A stretch of 52,321 nucleotides of DNA from a virus (IMGVR_UViG_3300010362_000002:1-52321); one strand, 5' to 3'; positions 14,943-26,297 are shown, numbered from the stretch's first letter. Notes: generated by a model from the sequence alone, not told the origin. Translations and numbers: made by a program.

Positions 14943-17900
14943 AATCTACATCCAACTCGAATTTTCCGCCGACGGCGCAGAGAAGTCCATCGATCAACTC
15001 AACCAGAAGATCAAGAATATCGGCGACACCACCGAGAAATCCACCAAGAAGGCCACCGCGAGCGTCACCGGCTTCACGGATTCACTCTTCAAAGCACTGC
15101 TCGGCGCGAACGTGGCGCAGAGCGGCATCACGCAGTTGGCCCGCACGCTCGCCGACTTCACCAAGGAGGCGGTCAAGAGCGCCGCGCAGTTTGAGGAATT
15201 GGAGGGATCGAACCGCTCTCTCGCGGCGACCGCCAATATCAGCACGCAGGCGATGAATCTGTTGAAGGCGCAATTGCGCGACGTGAATCTCGAAGGGGTC
15301 GAGGCTTCCAAGATCATCAATGAGTCTCTGCTCGAAGGCATCACCGATCCCAAACAGATCGCGGCCATCGGCAAACTCGCCCAGAGCATCGAGCGGATCA
15401 CCGGAAGGGACGCGGTCGAAAATGCGCAGGCGATTTCTCTTTCCGTCGCGAGCGGCAACACGCGCCGGTTGCGGGAACTCGGCCTGATCGTGGATCTAAA
15501 TAATGCCGAAACGGCGAGAGAAAACCAACTCAAACGTTTTCTGACCGACCGCGAACTGATCGAACTCCGATTGACCAAAGTCATCAGTGATTTCAACCAG
15601 AAGGTAAAAGAGGGCGACCTCCCCACGCAGACGCTCCTCCAGGGGTGGCGGGACTTTCACGATACGTTCGAGGAGTTCAAACGCAAATTCGGCGACGCGC
15701 TCGTCGGCCCTCTGACTGAAGCCCTGAAACTTGCGGATCAACTCCTGCAAACCATCAACACGATCCAGACGGCACAGAGAGGCCTCACGTTGATTCCTGG
15801 CGCGGTCTTCGGCTCGAAGACGCAGCCGCCGACCAGCGGCATCTTGAGCTTCCTGGGAGACAAGCTGATCAATTGGGCCGGAGATACCCTGGATAAACTG
15901 CTTCCGCCGCCGCCGCCCATCAAAGAAAAACCGCCGTATGGCCCGGAGACGCCGCCGCCGGAACCGCCTCCCACCAAGGAATTGCTGGAGCAGCGCAAGC
16001 TCGCTAAGGAAGCCGCTGAGGCCGAGATCCAAGCGGAACAGCAACTCCAGAACGAGCGCAAGAGCACACTGGTGGCGATTGAAGCCGTGAACTCCGCGCA
16101 GACTGCGTCCATCGCCAAGCAAGCCAAGAGTTTCGAGAACTCCACCGAAGCCAGCAAAGAGACGCTGTACCTGTGGGTCGCCATCGAGGCCCAGCGAAGG
16201 CGTGGGATCGAGCAGTTGATCAAAGAGGGCGAGCAGATCAAGCGCAACCGGGCGCTTACCGTGGATGAGTTCGGCAACCGGCGCTACAAGCCGCTCTCGC
16301 CCGGTTTCATTCGTGATGTCGATTTGCAGACCCTTGAGAAAATCCGCCAACTCAACATCCGGCTGGATGCCGAATTGAACGAGAACTTCGCGGAGATCGC
16401 GGAGGCCCGCGTCAAGATCATTTCGAATCTGATCGATCAGCTTTGGATCGAACCCGCGCGGCAGGCGCTGCAGATCTGGGACGAGTTGCGGCAGGACACC
16501 GAGAAGCTCGCCGACCTCCGCTATCAGCAGAGCGTACAAGGGATCGAGCAGCGGACCCAGGCCGAACTGGAATCGCTGCAGGCCGTCGAGGTGGCCACGC
16601 TCAAGCAGGCCGTGATCCTCGAAGAGCGGAAGCGGGACATCACCATCAGAGGCCTGCGGGAACGGAACACGCTGCAGCAAGAACAAATCGATGTCGAGAC
16701 CGAGCGCGAGGTGCAGAAGGAGTTCGGCAGGCTGCGGCTCGCGGGCGTGACCGACGAGAGGATCTACCAGCAACGCCGGGAGTCGCTCGAAAAGCTCGGG
16801 CAACTGCAGAAGGACATCGCGCAGCAGGTGACCGATGCCGCGATCCGCGAGGCCGCGATCCGCGCGAATGCGGAAGTGCAGCAGGCCATCCTCGCGCAGT
16901 CCCGGCAGACCTTCGACAAAATCAAGGACTTCACCAGCGGGATCTTCGACGCCTTCACGCAGAAGTCCACCTCGGTGTTCAAGGCCATCGCGGATGTTTT
17001 CAAAAACACCTTCATCAACGCGCTGAAAGAAATCGTCACCAGCCAGTTCGCCATCGCGCTATACAAACTTCTCGGCTACGGGACGGCATACTATCAGGGA
17101 CCGGGCCAGCCGGTCTCGTTCACCCGGCAGGCACCGGGCACCGGGTACACCGGCCTGGGCTTTGGCCGCAGCATCCTCGGCGCGGCGTTCGGCTATGGCG
17201 GCACTGGAGTAGCACTGCCCGCGCCGGTGGGCGTGAGCGACACCACGTTCAAGGCCATCACCGAGGGCGGCGGGACTGGAGAGGCGAACCGCGAGTACGA
17301 CGACCGTTACTATGCGGCCACCGGCCAGCTTCCACCGGGCGGGCTCGCGCCGGTGCCGTACCCGTCGCTCGCGAGCCTGGGCATCCGCTCGATCACGGCG
17401 GCACCGGCCTACAATCCTTCGCAACTCGCGCGGGCTCGCGAAGCCTTCAACGTCGGCAAGCCGGTCACGGTGATCAGGAACGGCAGCACTCAGGTGATCC
17501 CGTGGGCACAGGCGACCGCGACGGAGAAGCTCCGGTCGGTGCTGCGCTCTTCCGGCTTCCGCTCGCTCGCGGCATCGGTCGGCATCACGGCAGCGCTCGG
17601 CGGGTTGTCGCGCTCGGGCCTGGGCGCTCTGGTGCAGACCGGCCTGGGCGGCGCACTCGCGGGTTATGGCTTCGCGAAGACGCTCGGCCTCACCGGCGCG
17701 GAGGGACTGGTCGCCGGTCTGGGATTGGGCGTAGCGGCGGCGGGCCTGAAGATCGGCGGCACCTTGGGCGACATCGCCACGGTCGGCGGCGCGGCCCTGA
17801 CCGGATACACGGCGGGCCATCTGATCGGCCTCACGCCAGCGGGCGGCGCACTGCTCGGTGCCGGTGCCGGTCTCTTCGCGGCGGGCCTGCGGCGCGGCGG

Positions 17901-18552
17901 CGCGGTCGGCGTGGCCGAAACTACACTGGGCGGCGCGGCGGCTGGTGCCGCCATCGGCAGCATCGTGCCGGGTATTGGAACCGCCGTCGGCGCAGCCGTC
18001 GGTGCAGTCGTGGGCCTCGGCGCGGGCATCGCGCGATTGTTTATCAAGACCCTGGACGAGAAGGTGCGGGCGGCGGTCAAGAACGTTTACGGCATCGACA
18101 TCCCCGACGCAAAGATTCGGCAGCAGATCGTGGATATCGCCAAGCAGCGCTACGGCGGCAACATCGACGTGGCCGTGCGCTCGCAGGAGGTCCAGGAGAT
18201 CGTGCGCCTGTATGCGCTCGCGACCGGGCAGCAGGCGCGGCTCCCGCGACCGCTCTATCCGGTGGCCATCGCGCAGCAGGGAGGGAGCCTGCAGACGCAG
18301 CCGGTGTACTCGAATGGCCAGCTTGTCCAGAACCCGTACACCGGCGTGACGACCTCGCAGTGGCAGACCGCCGGTCTCTATCTGCAGATCAACCCGGCGC
18401 AAGCGAATGCGCTCTTCGAGGGCCGCGTGGTGAACGTGCTCGAAGGCAACCCGGCATCGGTGTCGCAGGCGACCGCGAGCGGCGCGGCCTCGGGGAACGG
18501 GCGTACGGCGCTGCGCTCGGCGCTCTTCGATCCGCTCACGGTGAACGCCTAG
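14932..18552 (+). CDS. Tape measure protein
   Basis: 1206 aa, helical/coiled-coil with Gly/Ala-rich hydrophobic C-terminal third; follows the G/GT chaperones. Confidence 0.92.
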   Translation: MANKIYIQLEFSADGAEKSIDQLNQKIKNIGDTTEKSTKKATASVTGFTDSLFKALLGANVAQSGITQLARTLADFTKEAVKSAAQFEELEGSNRSLAATANISTQAMNLLKAQLRDVNLEGVEASKIINESLLEGITDPKQIAAIGKLAQSIERITGRDAVENAQAISLSVASGNTRRLRELGLIVDLNNAETARENQLKRFLTDRELIELRLTKVISDFNQKVKEGDLPTQTLLQGWRDFHDTFEEFKRKFGDALVGPLTEALKLADQLLQTINTIQTAQRGLTLIPGAVFGSKTQPPTSGILSFLGDKLINWAGDTLDKLLPPPPPIKEKPPYGPETPPPEPPPTKELLEQRKLAKEAAEAEIQAEQQLQNERKSTLVAIEAVNSAQTASIAKQAKSFENSTEASKETLYLWVAIEAQRRRGIEQLIKEGEQIKRNRALTVDEFGNRRYKPLSPGFIRDVDLQTLEKIRQLNIRLDAELNENFAEIAEARVKIISNLIDQLWIEPARQALQIWDELRQDTEKLADLRYQQSVQGIEQRTQAELESLQAVEVATLKQAVILEERKRDITIRGLRERNTLQQEQIDVETEREVQKEFGRLRLAGVTDERIYQQRRESLEKLGQLQKDIAQQVTDAAIREAAIRANAEVQQAILAQSRQTFDKIKDFTSGIFDAFTQKSTSVFKAIADVFKNTFINALKEIVTSQFAIALYKLLGYGTAYYQGPGQPVSFTRQAPGTGYTGLGFGRSILGAAFGYGGTGVALPAPVGVSDTTFKAITEGGGTGEANREYDDRYYAATGQLPPGGLAPVPYPSLASLGIRSITAAPAYNPSQLARAREAFNVGKPVTVIRNGSTQVIPWAQATATEKLRSVLRSSGFRSLAASVGITAALGGLSRSGLGALVQTGLGGALAGYGFAKTLGLTGAEGLVAGLGLGVAAAGLKIGGTLGDIATVGGAALTGYTAGHLIGLTPAGGALLGAGAGLFAAGLRRGGAVGVAETTLGGAAAGAAIGSIVPGIGTAVGAAVGAVVGLGAGIARLFIKTLDEKVRAAVKNVYGIDIPDAKIRQQIVDIAKQRYGGNIDVAVRSQEVQEIVRLYALATGQQARLPRPLYPVAIAQQGGSLQTQPVYSNGQLVQNPYTGVTTSQWQTAGLYLQINPAQANALFEGRVVNVLEGNPASVSQATASGAASGNGRTALRSALFDPLTVNA

Positions 18553-18947
18553 TGCCGAACCACGTCCAACCCGCGAACCCGACGGTGGTGCTCCCCAATT
18601 CGCTTTCGAGCGCGTTCCAGGAAGAGCAGCGCATCGAAGCTCTACTCAATGCTTATCAGAGCGGATTCTCCACACGAGCCGCGCTCGCCATCAACCCGCG
18701 CCGGTACTGGAAGCTCACCAAGCAATTGACCGAAGCGCAGTGGACCACGCTGCGCAATTTCTATAAGGCGAATCTGGTTAACCCGTTCTGGTTTTATAAC
18801 CCGCGCGAGACTGCGCCGCCTTTCTCATATGATCCTACCGGCGGCGCATCGGCGGGCCGTTACGCGGTGGTCTTCGACGGGCAGTGGACCGAGGACATCC
18901 TGATCCCCAGGCGCAACGCCGCGTTCGGCCTGCGCGAGGTGGCCTGA
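18552..18947 (+). CDS. Distal tail protein (gpM/Dit-like)
   Basis: GTG overlapping the TMP stop; R.W.L...L..FY......PFWF.NP pattern. Confidence 0.7.
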   Translation: MPNHVQPANPTVVLPNSLSSAFQEEQRIEALLNAYQSGFSTRAALAINPRRYWKLTKQLTEAQWTTLRNFYKANLVNPFWFYNPRETAPPFSYDPTGGASAGRYAVVFDGQWTEDILIPRRNAAFGLREVA

Positions 18948-21900
18948 TGAATCTCGGCCCCATCGCGATCATCGATCCGCCGGTCATCGGCGACTTCCCC
19001 CTGCGCAGCGATTACGGCACCGGCATGGACCTGCAGCCGTCGCTTGCGATCCACGGCTTCGATCAACCGGGCCTCAAGATCGAGCAGCGCTTTGTATTAG
19101 GCGCACCCGTGCGGCGCTTCCGCGTGCGCAAGGAATACCTCTCCTGCACGGAATTAGACGACCTGCGGGCTCACTGGCAACTGGCTCAGGGGTCGCTGGC
19201 TCAGTTCAACTACAAGTACATCTACGGGCCTGGGGCGGGCTTCGAGATGGTGCTCTGCCGCTACGAGAACCCGAACATCACCTTCAATCAACTGGTCGGC
19301 ATGATCACCGGCGATCCCGGCATCACTTTGAGCGAAGTAGTGACCACCCCGGAAGTCTATACCGCCGATGAAGTCCTTTCGCGTTTTCCAAGCTCGGCCT
19401 TCAACGCGGCGCTCACGCAGCAGGTGCAGACCATCATCCCGCTCGTCACCATCCAGGACCGCAAAGGCAACCTGCCGATCTACGTATCCAACCGGCTGGT
19501 GCAGGTCAACGGCATCGCGGGCAATCCGACATTCATCCCGCGCCTGCTCACCTGGGGCGGGCTCTCGCAGACTTTGGGCGAGGCCTCCGACGGCACTACC
19601 TTCCAGTTCGGCAACGCCGACGATGCCTGGACCAAGCTCGTGAATCACAAGGACGGGAACGGGGACTTCGATTACAACCTCTTCCGCGCCTACCTGCAGT
19701 TCTCGTTGCTCCGCGTCGATCCGGCGGGCAACACGCTGGTCCATCTGTGGGCCGGTAACGTGACCGGATGGGCCATCGATCTGGGCAACGGCACCTTCAC
19801 GCTGCCGGTCTCCGATGGCGCGTACCAGTTGGGCCTGAGCTATCCGACGCGCATGGTCACGCGCACCTGCTGGAAGGTCTACAAGGGCCGCTATTGCCCG
19901 AGCACGTCGAGCCTGCCGGATTGCCCGAAGTCCTGGGAGGCCTGCAATGATCGCGGCGTCCCGCACAGTTTCGGCGGTCTGGTGGTGCTGCCGCAGAAGG
20001 TGCGCGTCAAAGACAACTCGACCGGCGTGATCGGCTTCGGGCGCTCCGTGTTCACCAGCGTCACGGTCGCGCAGGACACCGTGTATCAACGCGCGATCCA
20101 GGAAGTCTACACGGACAAATCGTTGGTGGTCACCTGCGATGTGGCCGGTGGCCGCGACGAAGGCGATTTCTATTCGGCGCTCGGCATTGTCGGCGAAGGC
20201 CCCATCGGAGGATATAACATCGATCTGGTGCGGCAGCGTCTCGACGGCCAGCCGCCGCACGATCCCAAGCATTACGGCGGATGGCGCGGCATCGTGGGGC
20301 ATGATCCTGCGCCGACACAAGATTACTTCGGCCTGGATCAGGCACCTTGGAATCCGCTGAGTCCGCCGCCCAACTCGACCTACGCGGCGGGCCTCGCTTT
20401 CGCCGAGATCCGGCGCACCGACGAGAAGGGCCTGCAGCTTTCGGATGTCGCTGATCGCGCCATGTCGGTGACCGTGATCGCGGGGATCGGCGGGTGGACT
20501 TGGACCGCGCCCGGTGCGCGGGTGTGGAAGGACGGCCTCGCGAACCCCGTCTGGGTGCTGATCAACGTATGGCTTCGTGCCAACGGCCTGCGCGTCGATC
20601 CGGCGAATGCTTCGAGCGTTCCCGTGGAAACGATGGAAGCGCTCTTCGATGTGAATCAGGCCATCGCGGCGGCGGATATCTGCGACATCAGCGTGACGAA
20701 GATCGTGGGCACGGGCTTCGAGCGGCAGTTCCCGTTTCGCGGTTCGCTCAAGGAGCGCAAACCGCTGAAGGATTGGTTGCAGGAGATCTGCAATTGCTGC
20801 CTGGGCTTCTACACCTTCGTCAACGGGAAGCTCTGGCCGGGAATCCGCATCAACTCCAGCGTGCCTGCGGGCAACGCCTTCACGCGCGACACGATCCTGT
20901 TCAAAAGCCTGCAGATCAATCCGCACACCCCGGCATTCAACTGGCTGATCGGCGAGTTCGGCGACGAGGAGTTCGATAACCAACTCAACAACGTCACGGT
21001 GTACGACATCGATTACGCGAGCTATCAGGGCAGCGCCGACTCGCCGCAGTACACGCCCAACACCATCAACTTCGTGGGGGTCTCGAATAAAAGCCAGTGC
21101 GCCAGGATCGTCACCACGCGGCTGCGCGAAGAGTTGGGCGGCACCACCCTCGCCGAACAGTTGGCCGCGCGGCGTATCCGTTTCCGCACCACCATCCTGG
21201 GCCTGCAGACCATGGTCGGCGATATCATCTCGCTCGACCACACGGACTTACCCAACGGACGCCACGAAGGCCGCGTGCGGCAATGGACGCTGAACCCGGA
21301 TTACTCCATCGACATCGAGACCACGCCGACCACCGACTCGATGTATGACCTCGACGCCGGTCCCAAACCGGATGACGTTCCGGCAGAGCCTTCGCGGCCC
21401 GAACAGCTTCCCGCGCCCAACGGCCTAGCGTGGATGCCCAACGGCCTCGCGCCCTTCGCGGGCGATCCGCTCTACACCGATCCATTGGAGCGCACCTTCG
21501 CGCTGCAGCAGGATTACAACATCACGCGCGACGGCACCTGGAACCCGGCGGTGTACATCGGTGGCGAGTTCCCCATCAACCAGTTTGTGGTGCCAGAACA
21601 GCCGCGTATCTTAGAGATGAAGTTCGGGCCACCGGGCTCGGGCTCGATCACGGGGCCGGTCACAGTCTACGCCGCGATCACCGTGCGCAACACCGACGCG
21701 GAACCGGCGACGCCCTCGAATCTCTCGGCGCTCTACGTGGACGCCACGCTGGTCAACGTGAGCATTCTGATCACGGTCGCACCGGCACCGGGCACCTGGG
21801 CGACCTACGACGTGTGGGCGGGCCTCGACCGGCGGCGCATTGCCAAACAATACACCGTTGCGGGCGACGTTCCGGCGACCGTTACTTTCACCGGGCCGGT

Positions 21901-22960
21901 CCATGACATGACGCAGGGGTTGCCATCGCAGGCCGCGCGGGCCATCGAGACGCGGGCCAAACATGTTTGGCATTCGGGCGTGGCCGGTGTGCTCGTGACC
22001 GGCGTACCGGCGGCGAATCAGATCCAGGCGAACGACTTTATCGGCTCGACGGACAACTGGGTGGGGCGCATCCTGAGCGCTCTCGCGGACCAGTCCGACG
22101 GCTCGGTGCCGTTGTGGAACTTCCAGGTCACCGCGTTCGATTCGGCGACCGGCACTCTCACGGTCACGCCGGATGCGGTGCGCGGCGCTCCAGAGGATTC
22201 CGTCGAAGAAGGCGACGTGCTGATCGTGCGCTCGACCGCGACCGCCGCCGACGCGGACTCCTACACCGATTCGATGTGGGACAACTTCGTCTCACGAAAT
22301 CAGTTCGGCTCACCCGGCCTGCGTCCCGGCGAGGAGAAGGACCGCATCGTGCGCATCCTGCGCGGCGCGGGCGCAGGCCAGTTCCGCCACATCACCGGCA
22401 ACGATGCGACGAAGATCAGCATCGCGCCCTCGTGGGATACGATACCCGATTCGTCATCCGTCCTGATCGTCGAAGACCCGGAGTGGGTGTACTTCTCGAA
22501 GTCATCGGAGCTTCACGCGGCGCGGGATGGAGTCACGCTCACCATCCGCATGCGCGTGGACAATCTGCGCGATGTGGTCGTGCTCGTGGGCGCATTCCTG
22601 GTCGATGATCAGGGGCGCTACACCGACGAGGAGTTCGCCTGCTTCCGCGAGATCTATGTATTCGGCCAGCCGCCGACCACGCGCGAGATCGGGCCGGAGC
22701 AACTCGATCCGGCGACATCGCTGCCCTGGCAGGCGCTCGCCATCGATCACAACCTGCGCGTGGATACGAGCGCAAACGATGTGTCGATCCAGTTGCCGCC
22801 GCTCTACGTTTACCAGGGCAGGCCGCTGTTGGTTTATAACGATGCGCCGAGCGGCGCATTCAATGCGTTAGTGAATGCCTACCCCGGAGAGACGCTCTCG
22901 GACGGCTCGACGATGGCGACCATCACGCCGGGTCAGATCGGCAGGTTTACCGCAGGATAG
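18947..22960 (+). CDS. Large tail tip/hub protein (apparent gpM-like + gpL-like + gpJ-like fusion)
   Basis: Cys cluster CWKVYKGRYC...DCPKSWEAC as in gpL-type proteins; GEGPI, ANPVW and VGDII motifs of gpJ/Tal-type hubs. Confidence 0.75.
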   Translation: MNLGPIAIIDPPVIGDFPLRSDYGTGMDLQPSLAIHGFDQPGLKIEQRFVLGAPVRRFRVRKEYLSCTELDDLRAHWQLAQGSLAQFNYKYIYGPGAGFEMVLCRYENPNITFNQLVGMITGDPGITLSEVVTTPEVYTADEVLSRFPSSAFNAALTQQVQTIIPLVTIQDRKGNLPIYVSNRLVQVNGIAGNPTFIPRLLTWGGLSQTLGEASDGTTFQFGNADDAWTKLVNHKDGNGDFDYNLFRAYLQFSLLRVDPAGNTLVHLWAGNVTGWAIDLGNGTFTLPVSDGAYQLGLSYPTRMVTRTCWKVYKGRYCPSTSSLPDCPKSWEACNDRGVPHSFGGLVVLPQKVRVKDNSTGVIGFGRSVFTSVTVAQDTVYQRAIQEVYTDKSLVVTCDVAGGRDEGDFYSALGIVGEGPIGGYNIDLVRQRLDGQPPHDPKHYGGWRGIVGHDPAPTQDYFGLDQAPWNPLSPPPNSTYAAGLAFAEIRRTDEKGLQLSDVADRAMSVTVIAGIGGWTWTAPGARVWKDGLANPVWVLINVWLRANGLRVDPANASSVPVETMEALFDVNQAIAAADICDISVTKIVGTGFERQFPFRGSLKERKPLKDWLQEICNCCLGFYTFVNGKLWPGIRINSSVPAGNAFTRDTILFKSLQINPHTPAFNWLIGEFGDEEFDNQLNNVTVYDIDYASYQGSADSPQYTPNTINFVGVSNKSQCARIVTTRLREELGGTTLAEQLAARRIRFRTTILGLQTMVGDIISLDHTDLPNGRHEGRVRQWTLNPDYSIDIETTPTTDSMYDLDAGPKPDDVPAEPSRPEQLPAPNGLAWMPNGLAPFAGDPLYTDPLERTFALQQDYNITRDGTWNPAVYIGGEFPINQFVVPEQPRILEMKFGPPGSGSITGPVTVYAAITVRNTDAEPATPSNLSALYVDATLVNVSILITVAPAPGTWATYDVWAGLDRRRIAKQYTVAGDVPATVTFTGPVHDMTQGLPSQAARAIETRAKHVWHSGVAGVLVTGVPAANQIQANDFIGSTDNWVGRILSALADQSDGSVPLWNFQVTAFDSATGTLTVTPDAVRGAPEDSVEEGDVLIVRSTATAADADSYTDSMWDNFVSRNQFGSPGLRPGEEKDRIVRILRGAGAGQFRHITGNDATKISIAPSWDTIPDSSSVLIVEDPEWVYFSKSSELHAARDGVTLTIRMRVDNLRDVVVLVGAFLVDDQGRYTDEEFACFREIYVFGQPPTTREIGPEQLDPATSLPWQALAIDHNLRVDTSANDVSIQLPPLYVYQGRPLLVYNDAPSGAFNALVNAYPGETLSDGSTMATITPGQIGRFTAG

Positions 22961-22964
22961 CGAT

Positions 22965-23054
22965 ATGGAAATTGGAGAGGTTGTCGTTTTGGGGGTCGCT
23001 ACGATCATCGTGCTTCTGGTGATTTATTGGCTGTTGTTGACGCGTCAGAAATAA
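22965..23054 (+). CDS. 29-aa single-TM peptide MEIGEVVVLGVATIIVLLVIYWLLLTRQK (not in ORF track)
   Basis: Exactly fills the gap between two tail genes; AGGA SD. Confidence 0.6.
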   Translation: MEIGEVVVLGVATIIVLLVIYWLLLTRQK

Positions 23055-23057
23055 GAT

Positions 23058-26000
23058 ATGCCGGTCGGAAACTGGATCTTCGAAATCACAAGCAGCGTGC
23101 CCGGTGGGGGCCAGCCCTACGTTCCGCCGGATGCGCCGCCGGTCACCATCGGGACCGCCGAAGTCGAAGAGATCTACAGCGGCGTCTTCGAAGTGCGCGT
23201 GAACTGGACCAAGAACGCAGCCGCGACCGCGTCCAACTTTACGGGCGTGGGCGTCTTCCTCGAAGATCCCGACATGAGCGAGACCGCGCTCGCGCCGATG
23301 GACGACACCGTCACGATGGACGACACCACGCAGATGGCGGGCAAGTGGATACCGGAGCACGTCACCGACACGGCGGAATCCCCGGCCACCTTCCGCATTG
23401 CTGGCAAGACCATCGAGAGGAAAATTCGCGCATACCTGCAGGCCTACAACAAGGTCGTCAGTTCGCAGATCACGCGGGCCAACGCGCCGAATCCGACGCC
23501 GAATATTCAAGTGACCATTCCAGCGGCGCGGGATTCCTACCAGAGCGGGCAGGAATACACGTGGCTGGTGACCAATCCAACCGTAGACGTGGTTGAGGAC
23601 TTCGACAACCCAAACGGCCCCAAGTACCAACTGCATTACGGATACACGCCGCCCGACGATACGATTCCCCTGCCTCCCGGCCTGACTACGTTCGGTGGCG
23701 TGCAGATCGTTTTCGAGTACCCCGACGACAACAACCGCCGCGCGAGCGAGCGCTTCCTCGCGGTGAATCATCCCGAAACCTGGGTGTCGGAGATCTACGA
23801 CGCGCAGACGCAAACGTTCAACGTCTACTTCTGCTCGGTGGATATCAACGGGCGCTCCAACACGCCGGTGCGCGGCGTCACGCCGATGGTCGAGGTCTCG
23901 ATCAAGTATCCGCCTGACGGCCAGCAGACGGTGCCGCCGGTCACCGGCTTCACGCTCACGAATCCGCGCCACGAGTGGCAACCTGACGGCACGCTGTGGG
24001 CGACCGTCACCGCGAACTGGACCAACCCGGACGTGGTCCGCTTCGGTGCGGTCGAGTTCTGGCGTGTGGGCGTGGTGCCGCCCCGCAAGTTCGACCGTAG
24101 CTCCGTCTCACCGCTGCCGCTGCGCGTGATCGATTGGCCCACCTCTCCTGAGGCCTGGACTGTAGCGGCGATCTCGGTGGGCCGCGACGGGAAGCTCGCC
24201 GACGATCCCAACAATCTCAGCGCGGCGACGCCGACGGCGATCTGGAATATCGGACCTCCGGGCACAGGCGGGCAGGGCCACGAGTACACACCGCAGGTCA
24301 CGATCAGCGGCGCGACGGTCGATACCACGCAGCAGTTGAATAGCGATGGCGTGGTGATGATGTCCCACACCATCAAAGGCTGGATCAATTCCACGGACAA
24401 CAGCTTCGGCGGCGTCTCAATTGCCCGTGTGGTGAAAGACCAAGACCCCAATGGGGCGACCACGAACGTTCAGTGGTGGGACGCGCCTAAGAATGCGACA
24501 TCGATCATCACCGATTGGGAGCCTGCGCCAGCAGCGGTTTCCTGGGACTTCTATTTTGTCGCGCGAGATCAGCAAGGGAAGCGCAACACGATTGTGATGG
24601 GCTATCCGGCAGCGGGCACAACGCCGAAGGTCACGGTGAACTTTACGCCGATGGCGGGCGATGTACTGGCTTCCCGCTTACCGAAAGACTGGTTCAGTGA
24701 AGACGAGTTTAGCTGGCCATCTGCTCCAGGCGACGACAAGTTCAAAGTGGACAAAGTCATCTCGGCCAAAATTTATGTCGGCTCGATCCTGCGGGTTGGC
24801 GGCGGCACGACGCCGGATACGGGAACGCCCGATAAGCCCGGTTATGTACCGGGAACCAACCCAAGTTTTGGAAATAGCCAGAATGGACAGATCGCCGTCT
24901 ACAATTCCTCCAACGTGTTGCGGGCCTGGATGGGTGAGCAGAACAATCAGGGGACACCCGATATTCCGAGCCCGCATCCGGTCTTCGGTGGTTGGTTCGC
25001 GGAGTTGTATGTCGGCGGCGACAATCCGACGAATGCGCCGCTGTACGCCACGCAAGCTGGCGTGGTGATTGTCGGCGGCTTCGACGTACAAGGATCGCGC
25101 TACCCCTACATCTCGATCCGCAATAAGTCTGGCATCGAGGTGGGCCGCATGGGTGCGCGGGTCGGCCAGGGGCAAGTCGGCAACGAGAGCACCATCGAGG
25201 GTGCTTGGTTCCGTGAATTTGCCTACGGCGGGCAGTCGTTTGCCGACTGGCGGATGCTGGCTCGCATGGACCCATCCAATCCGCAAGGCTCGACCGTAGA
25301 GATGCGGAACATTTCCAAGTTCCAGATCGATTACATGGCCAACTATCCGAGCGCCACGAATCCGACCAACGCGGCCATGACACTGCTTTTTGGCTACGAC
25401 GCCTTCGTCGCGGACGTAGCGACCTCCACCTACTACAAGTTCCCCGGCATCTCGATGACGCGCACCGGCACTGGGCACCAGTGCATTCTGATCAATCGGG
25501 GCATTGTGCTGAACATGCCGAGCGGCACGATCACTTCGCCGGTGAGGGCGGGCGCGTTCGTGACCTACAACGGCCAGCAGACCGGCAACGATGCGGGCAC
25601 CTTCTGGACGGTGCTCTCGATGAACTCCCCGACCACGCACAACGCCAATGTGGAGTTGGCGAGCGGCAGAGATGGCGGCGTAGGCGGCTCGCACTTCACT
25701 CTGTGGGACGGCAGCCTCACGCCGGTAGTCAACTTCAACGTGGACGAAACCGGCAACGTCACCGTTCGGGGTTCGTTCACGCTGAATTCCGACATGATCG
25801 CGACGCAGTATTCCGTGAAGGGCTCTCCGAATATTCCAGTGATCACTACCGGAGGCCAATTCAACGGCTCTGGCGGCGTGAATACTACCGGCGCGATCAG
25901 TTCCAGCAGCACGGTGACCGGCTCGGCGATCTGGGCCAATGGCAGAAATGTGATCAACTCTTCCTGGCAGTTCGTCGGCGACGGCGGCGTCGATAGCGCG

Positions 26001-26297
26001 GGCGGGATCACCGGCGCGTCGTTGTCCATTCGAGGCCATTCGCAGGCGATGATCACCAGTGCGGGTGCCTACTACGATGGCACCGGCGTGCAGGTTATCA
26101 CTTTTGACGGGCAGTTCTGCGGCAAAGGCGGAATCTATACGAATGGCCAGATCGATACCGGAGGAACGGCGTCGATAGGCGCGGGCGGGGGCTTCAGGGC
26201 TTACGGGAGTACCGGGGTCACTGGGCCGACTACTTTCACTACAGCGGATGGCAAGACCGTCACCGTGCGCGGGGGCATTATTATTTCGGTGGTTTAA
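23058..26297 (+). CDS. Tail fibre/spike protein
   Basis: Ig/FN3-like N-terminal part, Gly-rich VI..xGQFxGxGG repeats, C-terminal TTFTTADGKTVTVRGGII. Confidence 0.75.
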   Translation: MPVGNWIFEITSSVPGGGQPYVPPDAPPVTIGTAEVEEIYSGVFEVRVNWTKNAAATASNFTGVGVFLEDPDMSETALAPMDDTVTMDDTTQMAGKWIPEHVTDTAESPATFRIAGKTIERKIRAYLQAYNKVVSSQITRANAPNPTPNIQVTIPAARDSYQSGQEYTWLVTNPTVDVVEDFDNPNGPKYQLHYGYTPPDDTIPLPPGLTTFGGVQIVFEYPDDNNRRASERFLAVNHPETWVSEIYDAQTQTFNVYFCSVDINGRSNTPVRGVTPMVEVSIKYPPDGQQTVPPVTGFTLTNPRHEWQPDGTLWATVTANWTNPDVVRFGAVEFWRVGVVPPRKFDRSSVSPLPLRVIDWPTSPEAWTVAAISVGRDGKLADDPNNLSAATPTAIWNIGPPGTGGQGHEYTPQVTISGATVDTTQQLNSDGVVMMSHTIKGWINSTDNSFGGVSIARVVKDQDPNGATTNVQWWDAPKNATSIITDWEPAPAAVSWDFYFVARDQQGKRNTIVMGYPAAGTTPKVTVNFTPMAGDVLASRLPKDWFSEDEFSWPSAPGDDKFKVDKVISAKIYVGSILRVGGGTTPDTGTPDKPGYVPGTNPSFGNSQNGQIAVYNSSNVLRAWMGEQNNQGTPDIPSPHPVFGGWFAELYVGGDNPTNAPLYATQAGVVIVGGFDVQGSRYPYISIRNKSGIEVGRMGARVGQGQVGNESTIEGAWFREFAYGGQSFADWRMLARMDPSNPQGSTVEMRNISKFQIDYMANYPSATNPTNAAMTLLFGYDAFVADVATSTYYKFPGISMTRTGTGHQCILINRGIVLNMPSGTITSPVRAGAFVTYNGQQTGNDAGTFWTVLSMNSPTTHNANVELASGRDGGVGGSHFTLWDGSLTPVVNFNVDETGNVTVRGSFTLNSDMIATQYSVKGSPNIPVITTGGQFNGSGGVNTTGAISSSSTVTGSAIWANGRNVINSSWQFVGDGGVDSAGGITGASLSIRGHSQAMITSAGAYYDGTGVQVITFDGQFCGKGGIYTNGQIDTGGTASIGAGGGFRAYGSTGVTGPTTFTTADGKTVTVRGGIIISVV

